Positions 59,448 through 64,000 of a DNA stretch of 64,000 nucleotides are shown here, piece after piece. The notes under the pieces were generated by a model. The model did no database searches and was not told the origin of the DNA. It saw only the letters and a program-made list of their open reading frames with translations. Origin of the DNA: Candidatus Obscuribacteraceae bacterium (GTDB taxonomy: Bacteria > Cyanobacteriota > Vampirovibrionia > Obscuribacterales > Obscuribacteraceae); the NCBI GenBank assembly GCA_044226015.1, contig JBGAHS010000011.1:64001-128000 (forward strand), given 5' to 3'. The number at the start of each line of letters is the position of its first letter. Positions within the stretch are counted from its first letter, which is position 1. Made by a program: the position numbers and the translations under genes.

Positions 59448-59696
59448 ATGACTGAGCAAAATAGCCTGACCAATGAGCAAAACTACGAAGCAAGAGTTTG
59501 GAGGGCAGATGACGGCAATCTTGTACTGGAAATACAGATTGAACATGTGAGACCAGGCAGCAGAAAGTATCTCTGCTATAAAGAAGACCATCCTACGGCA
59601 CAAAAAATCATGTCACTTACAGGTCCTATCGATTCAGTCGATGAAATCAAATATCTTAGCGGAAACGAACTCGAAACTATCTTCAGCACGAAATAA
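59448..59696 (+). CDS. Small hypothetical protein, candidate immunity protein
   Basis: GAGG RBS; ATG 4 nt after the previous stop. Confidence 0.55.
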   Translation: MTEQNSLTNEQNYEARVWRADDGNLVLEIQIEHVRPGSRKYLCYKEDHPTAQKIMSLTGPIDSVDEIKYLSGNELETIFSTK

Positions 59697-59811
59697 CTTG
59701 TTGTACCAAGCTTTTCCGAGTATAAATTCAGGCAGTGTTAGAGAACATAAAACCCGCTTACGTTGACAGGCGGGTACAATAGTGCAGTGGTTCACTAGAA
59801 ACGGAGTGCCG

Positions 59812-60024
59812 ATGGCAGAACATGAACTCGAAAAGGCATTTGGAACTTTAGCAGATGCACTCACCCTCACCGAGACAGAACTTGGCGAGGAAATCAATGT
59901 AATTCAACAACAACTCGACCAACTCAAAGAGCGAATCATTGAACTCAACGTCAGGCAACAAACAATAAGCAGTGACAGAGAATCGATTTCGCAAATGTAT
60001 AGACGCTATAGCGGTGGAGAATAA
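59812..60024 (+). CDS. Small coiled-coil protein (70 aa)
   Basis: GGAG RBS before MAEHEL; heptad pattern IQQQLDQLKERIIELN. Confidence 0.7.
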   Translation: MAEHELEKAFGTLADALTLTETELGEEINVIQQQLDQLKERIIELNVRQQTISSDRESISQMYRRYSGGE

Positions 60025-60181
60025 TCAAGTTCATATGGTTTCTGGGTATTCGGTATTGACACTGCCATTTTCTGTTTTCCGAACCCAGAGCCGGTTCTTG
60101 AACTTACCATAGCCTAAAGGTAAGAATCATCTTCAGTGGACAGAACCAACGATGATCTAAGCGAATGCTGGAGATTCCAAC

Positions 60182-60841
60182 GTGACTGAAAACATCGAGC
60201 AAATAAGAGTACTCATAGTTGACGATCACAAACTCACGCGAATTGGAATAAAGCGAGTCCTTGAGCTCGGCGAAGACTTTGTTGTACTGGGCGAAGCTGA
60301 CGATGGCGAAAAGGCTTTGTCCTTTGTTGAAGAAAATACTCCAGACGTGATTTTGATGGATGTCGCAATGCCAGAGATGGACGGCATCGAAGCAGCCAGG
60401 CAACTAAAAAAAACACATCCTCAAGTTCACATCATCATGCTCACGTCTACCGATAACGAGAGTCACATATTTGCATCTCTGGCTGCAGGTGCCGTGGGAT
60501 ATTGCTTAAAAGATATCGACCCAGATAGGTTATGCGCAACAATCAAAAGCGTTTGTCAGGGAGAACTGTGGCTTGATGCCACCATCGCCGGCAAAGTTCT
60601 AAACCAATATTCAAAGGGCAATGCTCCAGTCAAAAGCGAACCCGAAAGTGAATCGCTTTCACCTAGAGAGCTTGAAGTACTTGCACTTCTTGTTGAAGGA
60701 CTTTCGAACAGATCAATAGCCAGCAGGCTTTCTATATCACTCTCTACTGTAAAAACACACGTGGCAAACATACTTACAAAATTAGCTGTTGATGATCGTA
60801 CCAATGCCGCTGTCAAAGCTATGCGAGAGGGATTGATCTAA
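60182..60841 (+). CDS. NarL/LuxR-family response regulator
   Basis: VDDH, LMDVAMP; LSPRELEVL...TVKTHVANILTKL. Confidence 0.93.
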   Translation: MTENIEQIRVLIVDDHKLTRIGIKRVLELGEDFVVLGEADDGEKALSFVEENTPDVILMDVAMPEMDGIEAARQLKKTHPQVHIIMLTSTDNESHIFASLAAGAVGYCLKDIDPDRLCATIKSVCQGELWLDATIAGKVLNQYSKGNAPVKSEPESESLSPRELEVLALLVEGLSNRSIASRLSISLSTVKTHVANILTKLAVDDRTNAAVKAMREGLI

Positions 60842-60842
60842 A

Positions 60843-62468
60843 TTAGCCAGTTCGATCGTCAACTCCAAATAATGGCAGAACATTATTGCTGTCTTTTGTT
60901 GCTGTACCAGTTCGAATTAACGGCAATTGAATCTTGAATTTTGAACCATTAGGCAATGCTGGTTCGTAAAAGATCTTGCCACCATGAGCATTAACAACTT
61001 GCTTGCACAGATAAAGTCCCAGACCGGTGCCTTGCATAGCCTGATGCGACTTTCCTTTTCCAAATCGCTGAAACAATCTTTCCTGATCAGCTTCCGAAAT
61101 ACCCGGACCAGTATCTTCAATTGTTATCAGCGCAGCATTTGAACTGACTTCAATCTTCAATTGAATCTTTCCATTATCTGGTGTGAACTTGAGAGCGTTA
61201 TCGAGTACATTCTGAAATACTCTTCGTAAAGAAAGGGCATCAGCTTTCACGACAGCATTGTCTGGCATCTCGTGAAGCAAATTGATTCGACGGCTTACAG
61301 CGATTGCATAAACATTATTGAGACAGGAAGAAACAATTTCACAAAGATCGACCGACTCCATTTCTAGACTATCAAGATCTCTTTCAAATCTATAAACATC
61401 AAGAAGGGAGCTGATCATAGATAACAATGTCTTATTGCTATCTCTAAGTTGGATAAGGAGATCTGACTGATCCTCAGAGACTGGTCCCCAGGCTTTTGCA
61501 GCCATAAGTTCTAAAATTCGATTGGCTGCAATTAAAGGGCTCTTGAGGTCATGCGCAAGCGAGGCCATAAACTCCTCGCGTTGATTGAAAAGTTCCAAGC
61601 GTTTTGCGTTCTCTTCCTCTTCCTTTTGGACCTTCCTTATTCGCTCTTCGCTTTCTCTCGATTCTCTCTCACGTCTTTGACATACAACTGCTACAGCGTA
61701 GCTCAATGAACCAAGTGAGAAGATTGTGATAACCATCATGAACGAAAGTCCGTATTGAAACGGCACGTGAAGCATTAATCTGAAAGCGCTGAGGGCAACC
61801 GGAGCGAGTGTAGAAATTAAGACAAGCCTTCTGAAAACATATCCGGCAAAACCTCTATCATTCAACAAAGCAACAACGCCATATTCCGGTAGAGCAAAAA
61901 GAAAGGCTAATCCCAAAGCAAGAAACGGAAGTGCAATAGTCAGCCCCATTGGCGCAAAAGCGCCGATTTTTGTGATGTAAGGAAGTCCTAGAACATATCC
62001 ATTCAAAACAATTGCACTGCCAAATATAACCAGCAGATTGGAAACATATGAAAAGCGAAAAAACTTTGCGCTCCACATAATTTGCGCAAGCCCCATTAAA
62101 ATCAGACCTACAGCAGTACATGGTCCCATCAATTCTGTACTGCTGGCAGTTGGATTTAAGACCTGCGATATTGCCTGGTTAAGCTGAAGTTCGTTTGCCG
62201 TGCATTGCTCAAAGATGGTGCTCGCACCCATCAAAATAGCCGCTGCGGAAAGCGCGTTTCCCACACCAAGGAGAGAATTTTTCCGACTAGCCATGATGAG
62301 ATTGGAGATACCGCAAAGTAAGAGACCAAAGGACCCGCTTGATTTTGCCTGGAATTCCTGCGGCAGCGACGAAAGGTCTATTTGAAAAAAGACAGCCAAG
62401 ATTACTGCCAGCGAGCAAGCGACAGCAAATAATGTGAGTGAAACTGAAACCTTCAAAGCCGAAGCCAA
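60843..62468 (-). CDS. Multi-TM sensor histidine kinase
   Basis: About 7-8 TM segments; AHDLKSPL, NVLDNALKF, DTGPG, GTGLGL. Confidence 0.9.
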   Translation of the reverse strand: MASALKVSVSLTLFAVACSLAVILAVFFQIDLSSLPQEFQAKSSGSFGLLLCGISNLIMASRKNSLLGVGNALSAAAILMGASTIFEQCTANELQLNQAISQVLNPTASSTELMGPCTAVGLILMGLAQIMWSAKFFRFSYVSNLLVIFGSAIVLNGYVLGLPYITKIGAFAPMGLTIALPFLALGLAFLFALPEYGVVALLNDRGFAGYVFRRLVLISTLAPVALSAFRLMLHVPFQYGLSFMMVITIFSLGSLSYAVAVVCQRRERESRESEERIRKVQKEEEENAKRLELFNQREEFMASLAHDLKSPLIAANRILELMAAKAWGPVSEDQSDLLIQLRDSNKTLLSMISSLLDVYRFERDLDSLEMESVDLCEIVSSCLNNVYAIAVSRRINLLHEMPDNAVVKADALSLRRVFQNVLDNALKFTPDNGKIQLKIEVSSNAALITIEDTGPGISEADQERLFQRFGKGKSHQAMQGTGLGLYLCKQVVNAHGGKIFYEPALPNGSKFKIQLPLIRTGTATKDSNNVLPLFGVDDRTG

Positions 62469-62557
62469 TTCAAAGTACCTTGAAATCCAAAACTAACTGC
62501 TTGTAAGCATACTAAACAATCAGCCTAAATTAGGTAAATCCGGATTAAAGGATGGCT

Positions 62558-62593
62558 AAAAAAAATACCGCGAGCCTTAGCAGCTCGCGGTAT
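62558..62593 (-). terminator. Intrinsic terminator
   Basis: ATACCGCGAGC-N7-GCTCGCGGTAT followed by a T-run on the minus strand. Confidence 0.8.
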
Positions 62594-62619
62594 GTCGCAT
62601 TGAGGTTCAGAAGTCTTAT

Positions 62620-63999
62620 TTAGAAATTGTAAGACCATCTGAGATCCGAAGGGAGAGCCTCGGAAAGTCCAGGTGCAAGTGTTTGAGCAGTTCCAACACT
62701 GCTTCTGACTGCTTCCTGCCACGAAACAGCACGGTATCCAGTACAGCTTGTTACATCAACGCCATTGGTCAGGGTCTGGCGCGGTTGCCATGGCGCCCAG
62801 GGATTGTTGGTGCCCGATGGATGCAATCTGTAGTCGTAGTGAACAAAAGCACCACCACCACTGTTATAACCCGATTGAACGTGAATATTGTTGGCGAAAA
62901 CAGCCCCATAGAAGTTTGCATCATTAGTGATGGTTGCTGGAGAACTATTGTTCATCAGAGAGCCTATGTTCACATCGGCGTAAGGAGCGTCAATGATACA
63001 TCTTTCATTACCAGAGAGATTTATCGCCGTACCAGAACCATAGTTAGAGAAGATGTTTAACTGCTGCGCGTTTCCAGAAGTTTCATTTATGTTCGAGCCA
63101 GCAACAGTTGCATCACTTGGATTGTTGATAGCGATCTGGTTACTTTTTGTCGCTTTGGTGTTGCTCATACCAGTTCGTCCAATCATGTTCATACCAGTTC
63201 CGGTGATGCCATTCATATTTATTGAACTTGAATTATCAACTGACATAGCCACAGCCGGAGGACTGTTACCTTGAAGGTAGAAGTTAACATCATTTTTTGA
63301 GCCAGCAGCTATAGCAGCTTGAGTTGTGGCATCGATCTGAATTTGACTACCACCAGTCAAAGTTAGTGAAGTCATCATGTAATCGCCTGGTGGCAATTGC
63401 ACAGTCTTTCCACTGATATTCCCAAGTGGCAAAGGAGGCATTGAAGCGGTGGTGCTGATTACAATTTTTGCACCATTCGACAATTTAACGGAACCCAAGT
63501 TTGGTGTCGAAGGCGGAGCCGACTGAGGATTTGGAATCGCCGGCTGAGGATAGGTATAGCCAGTAGCTCCGACTTGATTAAATCCTACTATGCCTCCTGA
63601 CCAACCACGACTCGCTAATGGAAGTGCAGGATTGTTTACTGGGTTGCCAGTGCTGTCGGCTACACTAACCATTGTATTGGCTGCTGTTTTGGAATTCGCA
63701 AGGGGATTCCAGATTGAGGAATCTATGCCGTTGCTAACTCCAAAAACATTAGCTTCGATACCACCCGGTCGGCTCTGACTTCCATTAACATTGGTTTGGC
63801 TGTAACTTCCAGAACCCGGGTCACCATTGCCCATAAGAGGATAATATGCGGTGTTTCCACCATTGGAATAAACGTTTCCGTACATTTGCATCCAACCTGC
63901 TGTCGTAGCTGGCTTAGCGTTATATTGCTGTCCTGTGATTGCAAACTGTTGATTGTAAACTGACAAAGGATTGGGAAACTCATAGTGAGCCCCACCTTC
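62620..63999 (-). CDS. Partial (3' end) Asn/Gly/Ser/Thr-rich surface or pilus-associated beta-rich protein
   Basis: Frame open to the window edge (EGGAHYEFPNPLSVY...); LPPGDY, IDAPYADV, FYGAVFA, HYDY, VSWQE resemble C-termini of TadG/PilX-associated proteins. Confidence 0.65.
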   Translation of the reverse strand, partial: EGGAHYEFPNPLSVYNQQFAITGQQYNAKPATTAGWMQMYGNVYSNGGNTAYYPLMGNGDPGSGSYSQTNVNGSQSRPGGIEANVFGVSNGIDSSIWNPLANSKTAANTMVSVADSTGNPVNNPALPLASRGWSGGIVGFNQVGATGYTYPQPAIPNPQSAPPSTPNLGSVKLSNGAKIVISTTASMPPLPLGNISGKTVQLPPGDYMMTSLTLTGGSQIQIDATTQAAIAAGSKNDVNFYLQGNSPPAVAMSVDNSSSINMNGITGTGMNMIGRTGMSNTKATKSNQIAINNPSDATVAGSNINETSGNAQQLNIFSNYGSGTAINLSGNERCIIDAPYADVNIGSLMNNSSPATITNDANFYGAVFANNIHVQSGYNSGGGAFVHYDYRLHPSGTNNPWAPWQPRQTLTNGVDVTSCTGYRAVSWQEAVRSSVGTAQTLAPGLSEALPSDLRWSYNF

Positions 64000-64000
64000 T

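Noticed and set aside
59763..59780. TTGACA and TACAAT as a sigma70 promoter
   Set aside because: The spacer is only 6 nt, so the two hexamers cannot form one promoter
60027..60105. 6S RNA or SRP RNA identity for the hairpin
   Set aside because: Too short for 6S, with no central bubble or outer stem, and it lacks the SRP GGAA-loop motif

Overview
This is a bacterial chromosomal window of about 55 CDS. I saw no rRNA, tRNA, CRISPR array or IS element. Gene content suggests non-photosynthetic Cyanobacteriota (Vampirovibrionia/Melainabacteria, Obscuribacterales-like); this is inference only. (1) 1-9.2 kb, minus strand: a combined complex III-IV operon behind an FNR-like box, in the order ccoN, ccoO-cyt c fusion, ccoS, stand-alone CcoP-N-like helix, diheme cyt c lipoprotein, Rieske, two cytochromes b separated by two membrane proteins, MvhD-like Fe-S protein. 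The two cytochromes b look reciprocally degenerate. One keeps the Qo motifs but has lost both heme bH ligands. The other keeps all four His ligands, has an eroded Qo site and carries a 2x[4Fe-4S] domain. (2) 9.5-19.7 kb: a general-stress cluster (aquaporin, PPase, histone-like protein, PRTase, KatE, DUF4142, BON/SWFGD, hemerythrin). A shared GGAAC-N17-GTC ECF-sigma-type promoter occurs 4 times exactly, plus 2 variants. (3) 19.7-49.4 kb: housekeeping and signalling genes, including a histidine kinase with an ethylene-receptor-type sensor domain, pth, an orphan gcvPA, tandem lepB, HD-GYP and GGDEF proteins, a Ser/Thr kinase, a catalytically eroded RNase J, an IcmA-type mutase, hutU, and a GntR-wecB-PIG-L operon with a palindromic operator array. 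(4) 49.8-59.7 kb: a 3076-aa multi-effector polymorphic-toxin-like protein (tandem repeats, YD-like strands, annexin-like repeats, hydrophobic segment, ART-like domain, two FHA domains, lethal-factor-like HExxH protease, OspF/LanKC-like pThr-lyase) followed by two small candidate immunity genes. (5) 59.8-64 kb: a small coiled-coil protein, a convergent response regulator/histidine kinase pair, and a partial surface protein. All domain calls are made by eye from motifs; no searches were run.
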